This document shows, in pieces, positions 48,393-58,276 of a stretch of 64,000 nt of DNA. The DNA is from an uncultured Actinomycetes bacterium (GTDB lineage: Bacteria; Actinomycetota; UBA4738; JBBDTT01), in NCBI GenBank assembly GCA_963742735.1, contig CAVUMN010000004.1:32001-96000 (forward strand), given 5' to 3'. Below the pieces are notes generated by a model. The model had not been told where the DNA came from. It saw nothing but the letters and a program-made list of their open reading frames with translations, and searched no databases. Every line of letters starts with the position of its first letter. Position 1 is the stretch's first letter. Both the position numbers and the translations under genes were made by a program.

Positions 48393-48902
48393 TCAGGAGG
48401 TCGCTCGCGCGCCGAGTCCGGACGCGAGCCGCATTTCCTGTCCTCCACGCCAGAGCTGAAAACCGATGGGGAGGCCGCCACTTCGCACCACCAGCCGACC
48501 TCCTCCGAGCCATCCCGGTCGCCACCGTTCCAGCTGGAGTACGCCGCGTTCGTAGGCCCCGACGAGCTCGGCGGAGGGTCGCCCGGAGTATCGGGCCCCT
48601 AGGAGCAACAAGCGGCGGTCGGTCAGAACGAGGTGAACCACCCGCCCGAAGACCCACTGCCACAGGCCGAGGGCGATGGCGAAAGCAACGCCGGTGACGA
48701 CCGAGTCCAGGATGGTTCGCTCGGCTCCGGTGTATCGGCGGTAGCCAGCCAGAACGCCTACGAGGGCGGCCGCAGGGAGGAGTGCGGCCCATAACGGGAA
48801 CCCCTTGACCCCGGACGCGGTCGCCTGAATCTCTTCGCCTGGCTGCAGGTGGGTGCTGACGGCCTCGTGTACCTGTTGGTTCCTTCGTTCCAAACGCCCC
48901 AC
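48393..48902 (-). CDS. Hypothetical membrane protein
   Basis: Two TM segments; LVLTDRRLL PH-like motif; GAGG RBS. Confidence 0.6.
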   Translation of the reverse strand: MGRLERRNQQVHEAVSTHLQPGEEIQATASGVKGFPLWAALLPAAALVGVLAGYRRYTGAERTILDSVVTGVAFAIALGLWQWVFGRVVHLVLTDRRLLLLGARYSGRPSAELVGAYERGVLQLERWRPGWLGGGRLVVRSGGLPIGFQLWRGGQEMRLASGLGARATS

Positions 48903-48908
48903 CCTCGC

Positions 48909-49532
48909 CTACCCGTCCTCCGCGTGGCGCTCGAGGGCGTCGCGGAGGTCCTTCTGCACGAGCGAGGTGGTCAGGTCGCCCCGCGTCTTCTCCAGGATGC
49001 TTCGCGCGACGTCGGTGATCCGGCGGAGGTTGCCGGTGATCGCGTCGGGATAGTCCATCGAGACGAGCACGTGATACACGTCCTCCATCGCGCCGAGCAG
49101 GCGCTCGCCCTCCTCGGCCTCGCCGCGGCGCAGCAGGTCCAGGATCGCCCGCCGGCCCTCGCCGATGGCCTCGGCCATCCCGTTCAGATACGGCGCCAGC
49201 CCCACCTTCAGGTCGTCGGGCCCGGGGAACTCGGCCCCGGTGACGATGGCCGCGGTCAGCCGCGCCTCCACGTACTCCTTCTCGGCGTCGGCCAGGAACC
49301 CGGCGTGGCGGATCTCCGGGTGCGCCGACAGGGCCTGGTCGGCCTCGCGGACGGCCTCCTCGGCCTCGGACATGAGGCGCGAGGCGTCGTCCATCTCGCC
49401 ACGGTGGATGGCCCGGATGGCGTTCGCGCTCGAGCGGATGGCCCGGCGGGACGCCGACAGCCCGATCTCGCGGGCGGCCATGACCTCGTCGAAGCGACGA
49501 TGGAACTCGTCGGAGAGCCCGCTCAGGTCCAC
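48909..49532 (-). CDS. Translin/TRAX-family protein
   Basis: ARE...SR..IR.SA.AI.AIHRG, EKEYVEA, YLNGMAEAIGEGRR, LRRITDVARSILEKTRGD. Confidence 0.85.
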   Translation of the reverse strand: MDLSGLSDEFHRRFDEVMAAREIGLSASRRAIRSSANAIRAIHRGEMDDASRLMSEAEEAVREADQALSAHPEIRHAGFLADAEKEYVEARLTAAIVTGAEFPGPDDLKVGLAPYLNGMAEAIGEGRRAILDLLRRGEAEEGERLLGAMEDVYHVLVSMDYPDAITGNLRRITDVARSILEKTRGDLTTSLVQKDLRDALERHAEDG

Positions 49533-49551
49533 GCGGGCAACGTTACAGGGG

Positions 49552-50097
49552 CTAGCGGGCGGCGTAGACCCGGACGTTCGAGGGCATCTCGAACGCGGGC
49601 TCGAGCAGCTGCGAGGCGGCCCGGCGGCGCTGGAGGATCCGAAGCTCGTTCTCCAGGATCTCGGGCTCCTCGTAGACCGGGACGGCCCGTTTCGGGGCGT
49701 TCGCCACGTCGGCCTCGAACTGGGCCTTCAGCTTCAGGAGCATCGCCATGTAGGCGACCAGGAGCCCGGCGATGAGCGCGGACCCGATCCACATGAGCCG
49801 GAGCGGCGGGAACAGGCCGATGAGCGTCACGATCCCGAGGGCCTCGATCATGACCGTGAACACGGCACGGCGACGATCGCGCGCACGGACGTACGCACGG
49901 GCGCCGGAGCCAAGGAATCGTTCGTCCTTGCTGGGTACCAGGACCCACCGACCGGGGTGCTGTTCGGTGTCTGCGAGCATCTGCAAGCCTCGGTTGAAAT
50001 CCCTGACGCTTTCGCGGGGTGACGTTCCTCGATGTGGGGGCGTGAGGAGCAGGGCTACCCAGATGATGCCCAACCCGCCAAGAAAAAGCCAGTCCAA
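49552..50097 (-). CDS. Membrane protein, positional analogue of actinobacterial SepX/GlpR
   Basis: TTG start after GGGGAGAGG; N-terminal TM, ARDRRR and two TM helices; lies downstream of moeA and upstream of tRNA-Ala. Confidence 0.55.
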   Translation of the reverse strand: MDWLFLGGLGIIWVALLLTPPHRGTSPRESVRDFNRGLQMLADTEQHPGRWVLVPSKDERFLGSGARAYVRARDRRRAVFTVMIEALGIVTLIGLFPPLRLMWIGSALIAGLLVAYMAMLLKLKAQFEADVANAPKRAVPVYEEPEILENELRILQRRRAASQLLEPAFEMPSNVRVYAAR

Positions 50098-50226
50098 CGG
50101 CCTCTCCCCCAGTGGTCGTCTTCCCGGTCCGACCCCTACATCTAGGCCGCGCTCGACGCTAGCACCCAACATGTGGTGCTTCAAACATCTCGGAACAATT
50201 TGTAAACAGGCGGGAAACGGCCGGGA

Positions 50227-51474
50227 TCAGCGCTCCAGGGGCCGGAACACCATGACCCGGGCCTCCTCGCCCGCGCGCAGGCGGGCCCGCCCGGCGGGCA
50301 CCAGGGCCAGGCCGTTCGCGCCGGCCATGGCGGCCAGCCTCGTTGCGGATCGCTCGCCGATCGCGGCGGCCCGCCACCTGCCGGCCTCCATCCACACCCG
50401 GACCCGGGCGAACCGGGCCCGATCGGCGGCCCCGGCGACGTCGCCCGCGAGCTCGGCCCGGACCTCGGGCCGGAACAGGTCACGGCGGCCCATCATCTTG
50501 AGCAGGGCGGGGCGGACGAACACCTCGAACGAGGTGAACACCTCCGCGGTGTCGCCCGGGAGCCCGAACAGGGGCTTGCCCTCGAAGGCCCCGACGGCGA
50601 TGGGCGCCTGCGCGCCCACGTCGACCGGGAGGGCCTCCACCTGGCCGCGGCGGAAGAGGGCAGCCCGCAGGATGTCGCCGGCGCCCGCCGAGCGGCCGGC
50701 GAGCAGGTACAGGTCCACGGTGGCCTGGTGGCTGAGCAGGGCCTCCTTCAGCGCCTCGATGTCGTCGGGGACGATGCCTCCCAGGTACGGGACGGCCCCG
50801 ACCTCCTTCAGCGCCGAGTACAGGGTGAGGCTGGTCGCGTCGCGGGTTTGGCCCAGGGTGGCCGCGCGGCCCGGATCGACCAGGCCGTCACCCGTCGCCA
50901 GCACCACCACGCGCGGGCGGGGATAGACGAGGGCGCCCATCCGGCCGGAGGCGGCGAGCAGGGCCAGCTCGGGCGGTCCCAGCTTGCGCCCCGCCGGGAT
51001 GAGGGTCTGGCCGGCGCGGAGGTCCTCGCCCGCGGGCTGGATGTTGGAGGCGGGCGGCCAGGAGTGGAGCACCCGGACCGTCTCCCCCTCGAGCACCGCG
51101 TCCTCCAGCGGGACCACCGTGTCGGCCCCGGAGGGGACGATGGCGGTGGCCCCGATCCGGATCGCCTCGCCCCATCCGACGGTCCCCTCGGGGGCCCGTC
51201 CGGGGAGGGCCCGTCCGGCGAGCGTCAGCGTCGCCGGAAGCCCGGTCGAGGCGCCGTGCACGTCCGAGGCCCGGACCGCGAAGCCGTCGATGCGCGCGGA
51301 CGCGAACTCCGGGACGCTGACCTCGGCCTGGATCTCGGTGGCCAGGACGCAGCCGGTCGCCTCCTGCAGCGGCAGCTCGATCGGCGCCATCTCCTCCAGG
51401 CGATCGAGCAGGGTCTGCCGGGCCTCGTCGACGTTCGGCAAGCGAATGGGCGCACGGGCGGGTTCGAAGGCCAT
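50227..51474 (-). CDS. moeA: Molybdopterin molybdotransferase MoeA (gephyrin-like)
   Basis: ARIDGFAVR, GADTVV, GEDL, LATGDGL, LFGLPG. ATG at 51474 follows TACGAT; 51483 is an alternative start. Confidence 0.9.
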   Translation of the reverse strand: MAFEPARAPIRLPNVDEARQTLLDRLEEMAPIELPLQEATGCVLATEIQAEVSVPEFASARIDGFAVRASDVHGASTGLPATLTLAGRALPGRAPEGTVGWGEAIRIGATAIVPSGADTVVPLEDAVLEGETVRVLHSWPPASNIQPAGEDLRAGQTLIPAGRKLGPPELALLAASGRMGALVYPRPRVVVLATGDGLVDPGRAATLGQTRDATSLTLYSALKEVGAVPYLGGIVPDDIEALKEALLSHQATVDLYLLAGRSAGAGDILRAALFRRGQVEALPVDVGAQAPIAVGAFEGKPLFGLPGDTAEVFTSFEVFVRPALLKMMGRRDLFRPEVRAELAGDVAGAADRARFARVRVWMEAGRWRAAAIGERSATRLAAMAGANGLALVPAGRARLRAGEEARVMVFRPLER

Positions 51475-51521
51475 CGCACCCATCGTAAGCGGGCGGTTCC
51501 GGGTAGGCCGGGAGCGCGCGG

Positions 51522-52400
51522 CTAGATCAGCCGTTCCCGCTGGACCAAGTCGGCGAGGAACGCGCGGAACTCCTTGGACAGGTCCTCCCGGCGGATCGCG
51601 ATCTCGACCGTGGCCCGCAGGTAGTCGAGCTTCTTGCCGATGTCGTACCGGGTGCCCTCGAACACCAGCGCGTACACGGCCTGCTCCTGGGCGAGCAGGT
51701 TGATCGCGTCGGTGAGCTGGACCTCCCCGCCGGCGTCCGGTGCGACGGTCCGGATCGCGTCGAAGATCTCCGGGGTCAGCACGTAGCGGCCGATCGCGGC
51801 GAGGTTGGAGGGCGCCTCCGCGGCCGCCGGCTTCTCCACGATGTTCACGATCCGGGCCAGGCCGTCCTCAACGAACTCGGGGTTCACCGCGCCGTACAGG
51901 GAGATCTCGCCGCGGGGGACCTCCTTCACCGCGATCACGCTCCGGCCGTAGCGCTCGTACACGTGGATCATCGCCTCCAGCAGGGTGGCGTCGGGATCGA
52001 TGATGTCGTCGCCCAGCAGCACCGCGAACGGCTCGCCGGCAACGTGGGGCTCGGCCACCTGGACGGCCGCCCCGAGGCCGAGAGGGTCGCGCTGGCGGAT
52101 GTAGTGGATCGCCGCCATCTCGGTGATCGCCCGGACCTCCTTCAGCAGGTCGTGCTTGCCCTTCTGCTCCAGGTGGTGCTCGAGCTCGAAGGAGCGGTCG
52201 AAGTGGTCCTCGAGGGTCCGCTTGCCGCGGCCGGTGATGATCAGGATGTCCGAGATGCCGGCCCGGACGGCCTCCTCGACCACGTACTGGATCGCCGGCT
52301 TGTCGACGATCGGGAGCATCTCCTTGGGCTGCGACTTGGTCGCGGGAAGGAATCGCGTGCCCAGCCCGGCGGCGGGGATCACCGCCTTTCTCACGTTCAT
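51522..52400 (-). CDS. galU: UTP--glucose-1-phosphate uridylyltransferase
   Basis: KAVIPAAGLGTRFLPATK...KEMLPIVDKP. Confidence 0.97.
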   Translation of the reverse strand: MNVRKAVIPAAGLGTRFLPATKSQPKEMLPIVDKPAIQYVVEEAVRAGISDILIITGRGKRTLEDHFDRSFELEHHLEQKGKHDLLKEVRAITEMAAIHYIRQRDPLGLGAAVQVAEPHVAGEPFAVLLGDDIIDPDATLLEAMIHVYERYGRSVIAVKEVPRGEISLYGAVNPEFVEDGLARIVNIVEKPAAAEAPSNLAAIGRYVLTPEIFDAIRTVAPDAGGEVQLTDAINLLAQEQAVYALVFEGTRYDIGKKLDYLRATVEIAIRREDLSKEFRAFLADLVQRERLI

Positions 52401-52462
52401 CCCGATCGCCCCCCTCGGCGGCAGGGGGCGAGTCTAGCTCCCTGGATCGGCGCTGGGGAGGG

Positions 52463-54349
52463 TCAAGATTCGGCCGGGACCACCCGGTCGCGGCCGCCGC
52501 GCTTGGCCCGGTACAGGGCCCGGTCGGCGGCGCGCATCAGGTCGGCCGACGTGTAGCCGTCCTCGGGGTAGGTGGCCACGCCGACGCTGACGGTCACCGT
52601 CCGGCGGGCGTCACCCTTGCCGTACGGCGTCTCGCCCACCACGGCCCGAACCTTCTCGGCCACCGTGAGCGCGCCCTTGCGGCCGGTCTCCGGCAGCACG
52701 ATCGTGAACTCCTCGCCGCCGTAGCGGGCCAGGGTGTCGATCTGCGAACGGATCGAGCGCTGGATGCGCCGGGCCATCTCGGACAGGACCTCGTCGCCGG
52801 CCTCGTGACCCAGGCGGTCGTTGACCTCCTTGAACCGGTCCAGGTCGAGCATCAGGACGGAGAACGGGCGCTCGAAGCGCTGGGACCGCTCGACCTCCTT
52901 GGCCAGGGCGGCGTCCAGGGACCGGCGGTTCCAGGCCCCGGTGAGCGGGTCGGTGGTGGCCAGGCGCTCGGTCTCCTCGTGCAGGTAGACGTTGTCGATC
53001 CCCACCGAGGCCTGGGCGGCGAACGAGGAAAGCGTGGCCAGGTCGTCGCGGTTGAACGGGGCCACGCCCCGTCCGTAGAGGGCCAGGACGCCGATGACCT
53101 CGCCCTCCCGGACGAGCGGGACGGCCAGCGCGGTGCCCCGGACCGGCTCCGGCGCGACCGGGGAGGCGTCGTCGTCCGGTGCCAGCAGGGGGATCGCGCG
53201 CGCGATGGCGGCCCCGGCCAGGCCCTCGCCGAACTTGAGGCGCACGGAGGAGGGAGAGAAGCCGTGCATGACCCGCGCCCGGATCTCGCGGCGACGGCCC
53301 GACCGCAGGTAGACCGCGCCGGCCTCGGCGCCCAGCGTGACCGCGGCGGTGTCCAGCACCACCGCGAGCATGCCGTTCAGGTCGTGGGTGGCCGAGAGCG
53401 TCTCGCCGAGGCGCTCCATGCCCTTGCGGAGCTCGTCGCGGGAGGTGCGGAGCTCGCCGACGTAGCGGCGAAGGTCGCGGGTCACGGTGTTGAAGGCCGC
53501 TCCGAGCGCGCCGATCTCGTCGCGGGCGTCGGCCGGCACGCTGGCGTCGAGGTCGCCCCGGGCGATGGCCAGCGCGTCGCGGGACAGACGCTGGACGGGC
53601 CGGGCGATCGTGCGCGCCAGCAAGTAGCCAAGGGCCGCGGCCACCAGCACGCCCAGGATGAGCAGCGGGAGGATCGGAGCGCCGCCGGCCGGCAGCTCGG
53701 CCACGAGCAGGACGCCCGAGGCGACCGCGCGCTCGAGCGGGAGGAACAGTCCCCGCGCGCCGCCGACGTCGACGACCCCGCCGCGGCGCGGGCTGACGTC
53801 GGGCACGGGCTCGATGGTCGAGGCGACGGGACGGCCCTCGGCGAAGACGACGCCCTGGACCCCGAAGGACTCGAGCATCGTGCGGTCGAGGAAGAAGCCA
53901 CCGCGAACCACGCCGCCCTCGGCGATCGTGATCCGGCCCTCAGCGACCGCGCCGGGGACGGGTTCCTCGCGCCCGATCAGGTCCTCGACCCGCAGACCAG
54001 GGAGGTACGAGGCCTCACCCAGGGACGCGCGCGGAGCGCCCTGTGTCGAGAGGACGATCAGGTAGTCGAGCTCGGCGGCCGAACGCACCGAGGAAAGGTC
54101 GGGAAGGGTCTGGGCCGCGACCGCGGCGCCCGCCACCAGGCGGGTCAGCCTGCGGGCCTCGTCGACGCGGTCCTGAACGGCGGCGCTGAACGCCGGGGCG
54201 CTGGCCTGCAACCTACTATCGGCCTGCTCGCGGGCCTGACGGTCCCCGAGTGTCTGGACGAACACGCCGGCGACGGCAAGGGGGATCACCACGATCGCCA
54301 TGAAGAAGATCGTGAGACGCGTGCTCAGCGTGACGGGTCGGATTCCCAT
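52463..54349 (-). CDS. Membrane diguanylate cyclase (HAMP-GAF-GGDEF)
   Basis: Two TM helices, HAMP (DEIGALGAAFN), GAF, DLDRFK, RYGGEEF. Confidence 0.93.
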   Translation of the reverse strand: MGIRPVTLSTRLTIFFMAIVVIPLAVAGVFVQTLGDRQAREQADSRLQASAPAFSAAVQDRVDEARRLTRLVAGAAVAAQTLPDLSSVRSAAELDYLIVLSTQGAPRASLGEASYLPGLRVEDLIGREEPVPGAVAEGRITIAEGGVVRGGFFLDRTMLESFGVQGVVFAEGRPVASTIEPVPDVSPRRGGVVDVGGARGLFLPLERAVASGVLLVAELPAGGAPILPLLILGVLVAAALGYLLARTIARPVQRLSRDALAIARGDLDASVPADARDEIGALGAAFNTVTRDLRRYVGELRTSRDELRKGMERLGETLSATHDLNGMLAVVLDTAAVTLGAEAGAVYLRSGRRREIRARVMHGFSPSSVRLKFGEGLAGAAIARAIPLLAPDDDASPVAPEPVRGTALAVPLVREGEVIGVLALYGRGVAPFNRDDLATLSSFAAQASVGIDNVYLHEETERLATTDPLTGAWNRRSLDAALAKEVERSQRFERPFSVLMLDLDRFKEVNDRLGHEAGDEVLSEMARRIQRSIRSQIDTLARYGGEEFTIVLPETGRKGALTVAEKVRAVVGETPYGKGDARRTVTVSVGVATYPEDGYTSADLMRAADRALYRAKRGGRDRVVPAES

Positions 54350-54430
54350 CGATTGCGGCCCCTTTGAACCGGTTCGGGAGGCTTCGTACCTCTATCTCGG
54401 CCGCGGACGTCCAAAACTTTACTCGCGACC

Positions 54431-55018
54431 GTGAGCGATACCCGGGACGTCGCGGCGGCCAAGGCGGAGTTGCGCTCGGCGATGCGGGCCGCGCGGGCCG
54501 CCGTCCCCGAGGCCGAGCGCGTCCGACTGGCCGCCTTCGTCGAGGAAGCCCTGTTCGCGCTCCCCGAGGTCGCCGGCGCCCGGACCGCCCTGCTCTTCTA
54601 CGCGTTCGGCTCGGAGATCCCCACGGTGTCGATGCGCGAGCGGTTCCTGGAGGGGGGAACGCGGCTGCTGCTGCCCTACCTGGCGCACGGCGCGATGGAG
54701 GCCGCCGAGGTCCTGCCCGGCGACGTGCTGTCGCGCACCGACTACGGGCCCAAGGAGCCGTCGAACCGGGTGGCCGTCGACCCCGAGCAGGTGGATCTGG
54801 TCGTCACGCCCGGGCTGGCGTTCGACCGCGAGGGCCGCCGCCTGGGCTACGGCGGCGGCCACTACGACCGATTCCTCGAGCGCGCCCGGCCCGAGGCGCT
54901 GCGGGTGGGAGTGGGGTTCTCGCTGCAGCTGATCGACCAGGTTCCCGATGAGCCGGGCGACCAGCGGCTGCACGTCGTCGTCACCGACGACGAGACGGTC
55001 CTCGTCGGGAAGCGGTGA
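54431..55018 (+). CDS. 5-formyltetrahydrofolate cyclo-ligase
   Basis: KAELR; PGLAFDREGRRLGYGGGHYDRFL. Confidence 0.93.
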   Translation: MSDTRDVAAAKAELRSAMRAARAAVPEAERVRLAAFVEEALFALPEVAGARTALLFYAFGSEIPTVSMRERFLEGGTRLLLPYLAHGAMEAAEVLPGDVLSRTDYGPKEPSNRVAVDPEQVDLVVTPGLAFDREGRRLGYGGGHYDRFLERARPEALRVGVGFSLQLIDQVPDEPGDQRLHVVVTDDETVLVGKR

Positions 55019-55050
55019 GGCTCGGAACGCGTTCTATCATTCGAAACGAG

Positions 55051-55374
55051 ATGCCCACCTACGAGTACGTCTGCACGAGCTGCGGCCAGCACGTCGAGGT
55101 CTTCCAGCGCATCGGGGAGGACTCGCTGACCGAGTGCGGCGTGTGCGGGGGGAGGCTGCGCAAGGTCTTCCACCCCGCCGGCATCCTGTTCAAGGGCTCG
55201 GGCTTCTACGCCACCGACAGCCGCAAGTCCTCGAAGGCCGGCTCGAGGTCCGGGGACTCCGGGTCGAAGTCGAGCGAGTCGTCGTCCTCGTCCTCCGAGA
55301 AGTCCTCCGAGACGAAGACGTCCGAGTCGAAGTCCGACTCGAAGGCGCCCCCACCGAAGGAGAAGTCGGCCTGA
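55051..55374 (+). CDS. FmdB-family zinc-ribbon protein with Ser/Lys-rich tail
   Basis: MPTYEYVCTSCG...CGVCGG...FKGSGFYATD. Confidence 0.93.
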   Translation: MPTYEYVCTSCGQHVEVFQRIGEDSLTECGVCGGRLRKVFHPAGILFKGSGFYATDSRKSSKAGSRSGDSGSKSSESSSSSSEKSSETKTSESKSDSKAPPPKEKSA

Positions 55375-56168
55375 GCACCGCCGACATCGGCATCTTCGGA
55401 GGCTCCGGGTTCTACTCGTTCCTCGAGGACGCCGAATCGGTCGAGGTCGACACCCCGTACGGCAAGCCCTCGGCGCCGTTCGTCGTCGGCGAGATCGGCG
55501 GCCGGCGAGTGGCGTTCCTCCCCCGCCACGGGACGAAGCACGAGTTCCCGCCCCACCGCGTGCCGTACCGGGCGAACCTGTGGGCGATGAAGGAGCTCGG
55601 GGTCAGGCGGATCATCGGCCCGTGCGCGGCCGGATCGCTCCAGACGCACGTGGAGCCGGGCCACTTCGTGATCTGCGACCAGCTGGTGGATCGGACGACC
55701 GGCCGGCCCGACACCTTCTACGACGGCCCCGAGACGACGCACATCAGCTTCGCCGACCCGTACTGCCCGACGATGCGCGAGGTGGCGATCGCCCAGGCTC
55801 GCGAGCACGGCATCCAGGTCCACGACTCGGGGACGGTGGTGACCATCCAGGGCCCACGGTTCTCGACGCGCTCGGAGTCGAACTGGTTCCGCGCGCAGGG
55901 GTGGGAGGTCATCAACATGACCCAGTACCCGGAGGCCCTCCTGGCCCGCGAGCTGGAGATCTGTTACGCGAACGTCTCGCTGATCACCGACTACGACGTC
56001 GGCCTCGGCGACGAGGTGCCGCCCGTCACCCACGAGGCCGTGATCGAGGTCTTCAACGCGAACAACGCGCGCCTGCGCGAGCTGCTGTTCGCGATGGTGC
56101 CGGCGTTCCCCGAGGAGCGGACCTGCCCGTGCGCCACCGCCCTGGAGGGGGCGCGGTTCGAGGTCTGA
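55371..56168 (+). CDS. mtnP: S-methyl-5'-thioadenosine phosphorylase
   Basis: IGIFGGSG, TPYG.PS, PRHG, GPRFST..ES, INMT..PE, TDYD. Probable CTG start after AAGGAG. Confidence 0.92.
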   Translation: MSTADIGIFGGSGFYSFLEDAESVEVDTPYGKPSAPFVVGEIGGRRVAFLPRHGTKHEFPPHRVPYRANLWAMKELGVRRIIGPCAAGSLQTHVEPGHFVICDQLVDRTTGRPDTFYDGPETTHISFADPYCPTMREVAIAQAREHGIQVHDSGTVVTIQGPRFSTRSESNWFRAQGWEVINMTQYPEALLARELEICYANVSLITDYDVGLGDEVPPVTHEAVIEVFNANNARLRELLFAMVPAFPEERTCPCATALEGARFEV

Positions 56169-56248
56169 AGCGTGTCAGTGGGTCGCGCTAGGGTCGCGGC
56201 CGAACCTCGACACGACCATCACGTCCTCCCCCGGACGGGAGCGACGCC

Positions 56249-56878
56249 ATGCGCCGCAAGGCATCCCGAGCGTCCCGACGGCTGACCGCCGCGGCGGTCG
56301 TCCTGGCACTGGCCGGCGGGCTGGCGTTTCAGCGCTACGCCGCGGACCTGGAGCGGCGGGCACGCCCGGGTGGGCCCCTCACGGCCGTGATCGTGGCCGC
56401 CCGTGAGCTGCCCCGGGGCCACGCGCTCGAGCCGCGAGACCTCGAGGAATCCACCCTGCCCCGCGACTTCGCCCCTCCGGGGGTGGTGACGTCGGTCGCC
56501 GGAGCGGTCGGCCTGCGGCTGCTCGCGCCGATCGCGGCGGGCGAACCCCTGACGCGATCCCGGCTGGGCCCATCGGGCGGGCCGGTCGCCGCATTCGTCC
56601 CGCCGGGGCTGCGGGCGATCTCCGTCACGACCTCGCTGCCGGCCGGGTCGGTGGCCGTCGACGATCGCGTCGACGTGCTGGCGACGTTCGCGACCGGGGC
56701 GCCGCACACCGAGACGGTCGTCGCCGAGGCGCCGGTGCTGTCGGTCCTTCGGGCCGACGACGCGTACGAGGGCGCGGGTCTCGTGCTGATCCTGCTCGTC
56801 TCGCCCGAGGACGCCGAGCGGCTCGCGTACGCCCGTGCGTTCGCCGACCTGTCGGTGGCGATCGCCCCGGGCGGCTAG
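56249..56878 (+). CDS. cpaB: Flp pilus assembly CpaB/RcpC (SAF domain) protein
   Basis: TM helix; VIVAARELPRG SAF domain; PGLRAISV...DRVDVLAT. Confidence 0.8.
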   Translation: MRRKASRASRRLTAAAVVLALAGGLAFQRYAADLERRARPGGPLTAVIVAARELPRGHALEPRDLEESTLPRDFAPPGVVTSVAGAVGLRLLAPIAAGEPLTRSRLGPSGGPVAAFVPPGLRAISVTTSLPAGSVAVDDRVDVLATFATGAPHTETVVAEAPVLSVLRADDAYEGAGLVLILLVSPEDAERLAYARAFADLSVAIAPGG

Positions 56879-58230
56879 GAGAGGCCGACCCGGAGGATGC
56901 CCGCCACGGCGGCCACCCCGATCACCCACAGGATGTTCAGCTTGAATCGCCACAGGGCGACGAAGCTCGCCACGGCGACGATCGCCGAGAACGGATCGAC
57001 GGAGCCGAGCACGGGGACGGGGATCGCCCCGCCGGCGAACTCGACGTCGCGAACCCGGTCGAACAGCGACCGGATCGCGAAGGTCACGGCGAGATTCGCG
57101 ATCACGCCCACGACCGCCGCGGTGATCGCGGACACGACCCCGTTGAAGGCACGGCTGCCTCGCAAGCGCTCGATGTAGGGAGCTCCCAGGAACACCCAGA
57201 GGAACGACGGCGCGAAGGTTGCCCACGTGGTGACGGTCGCCCCGATCACCCCGGCCAGGAGCGGGTCGAGCCCGCCCGGGTTGCGATACGCGGCCACGAA
57301 GCCGACGAACTCGGTGACCATGATCAGCGGCCCCGGGGTGCTCTCGGCCAGGCCGAGTCCGGTGACCATCTCCGCCTGGGTGAGCCAGCCGAACTGCGCG
57401 ACCGCCGCCTGGTTCAGGTAGGCGAGGACCGCGTACGCCCCGCCGAACGTGACCATCGCCGCCTGCGAGAAGAACACCGCCTCCTGCCCGAGGACGTCCG
57501 GCGCGTCCGGGAACAGCGCGACCGCGGCAAGCGGCAGCATCCATATGGCGAGGCCGGTCAGAAGGACCCGCGCCGTGCGGGCCGGGCCCGAGGCGGTGTG
57601 ACGCGCGTCGACCACGTCGTCGCGGAGGGCGGGCGCAGCCTCGCCGGAGCCCTCCTCGGGGAGGGCGAAGACGTCCGGCCTCGAGCGGCCCCCGATCAAC
57701 CCGATCACCCCGGCGGCCACGACGATGAGCGGGAACGGGGCGTGAACGACGAAGATCGCGACGAACGCCCCGAGAGCCAGCGCGGCGAGGGCCGGATGGC
57801 GCAGGACCCGCCGGCCGATCCGGATGCCGGCCGCGGCGATGATCCCAACCACCGACGCCTGGAGGCCGGCGAACAGCCCGGCCACCACGTCGACGTCGCC
57901 GTGGACGACGAACGTCCAGGACAACCCCATGATCAGGAAGAAGGCCGGCAGGACGAAGCCGATCCCGGCGAGCAGCCCGCCCTTGACCCGATGCAACAGC
58001 CACCCGATGTAGATCGCGAGCTGTTGCGCCTCGGGCCCTGGGAGCAGCATGCAGAAGTTGAGGGCGTGCAGGAACCGCGTCTCGCTGACCCAGCGCCGCC
58101 GTTCGACGAGCTCCTCGTGCATGACGGCGATCTGCCCAGTCGGACCGCCGAAGTTGATGAACCCGAGCTTGATCCAGAAGCGAGCCGCGTCCCGGAACGC
58201 AACGCCGTGATCGGGGGTCGTCTCGGGCAT
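56875..58230 (-). CDS. chrA: Chromate efflux transporter (CHR, long-chain)
   Basis: KLGFINFGG, LPGPEAQQ, TFGGAYA, ESTPGP. Confidence 0.93.
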   Translation of the reverse strand: MPETTPDHGVAFRDAARFWIKLGFINFGGPTGQIAVMHEELVERRRWVSETRFLHALNFCMLLPGPEAQQLAIYIGWLLHRVKGGLLAGIGFVLPAFFLIMGLSWTFVVHGDVDVVAGLFAGLQASVVGIIAAAGIRIGRRVLRHPALAALALGAFVAIFVVHAPFPLIVVAAGVIGLIGGRSRPDVFALPEEGSGEAAPALRDDVVDARHTASGPARTARVLLTGLAIWMLPLAAVALFPDAPDVLGQEAVFFSQAAMVTFGGAYAVLAYLNQAAVAQFGWLTQAEMVTGLGLAESTPGPLIMVTEFVGFVAAYRNPGGLDPLLAGVIGATVTTWATFAPSFLWVFLGAPYIERLRGSRAFNGVVSAITAAVVGVIANLAVTFAIRSLFDRVRDVEFAGGAIPVPVLGSVDPFSAIVAVASFVALWRFKLNILWVIGVAAVAGILRVGLS

Positions 58231-58276
58231 GCGGCGCAGTATGCCCCGATGGACGCGCTGTTAAGGTCCGGTGGCG

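Noticed and set aside
50171-50188. CRP-like site ATGTGGTGCTTCAAACAT upstream of the SepX-like gene
   Set aside because: Three mismatches to TGTGA-N6-TCACA; too weak to call.
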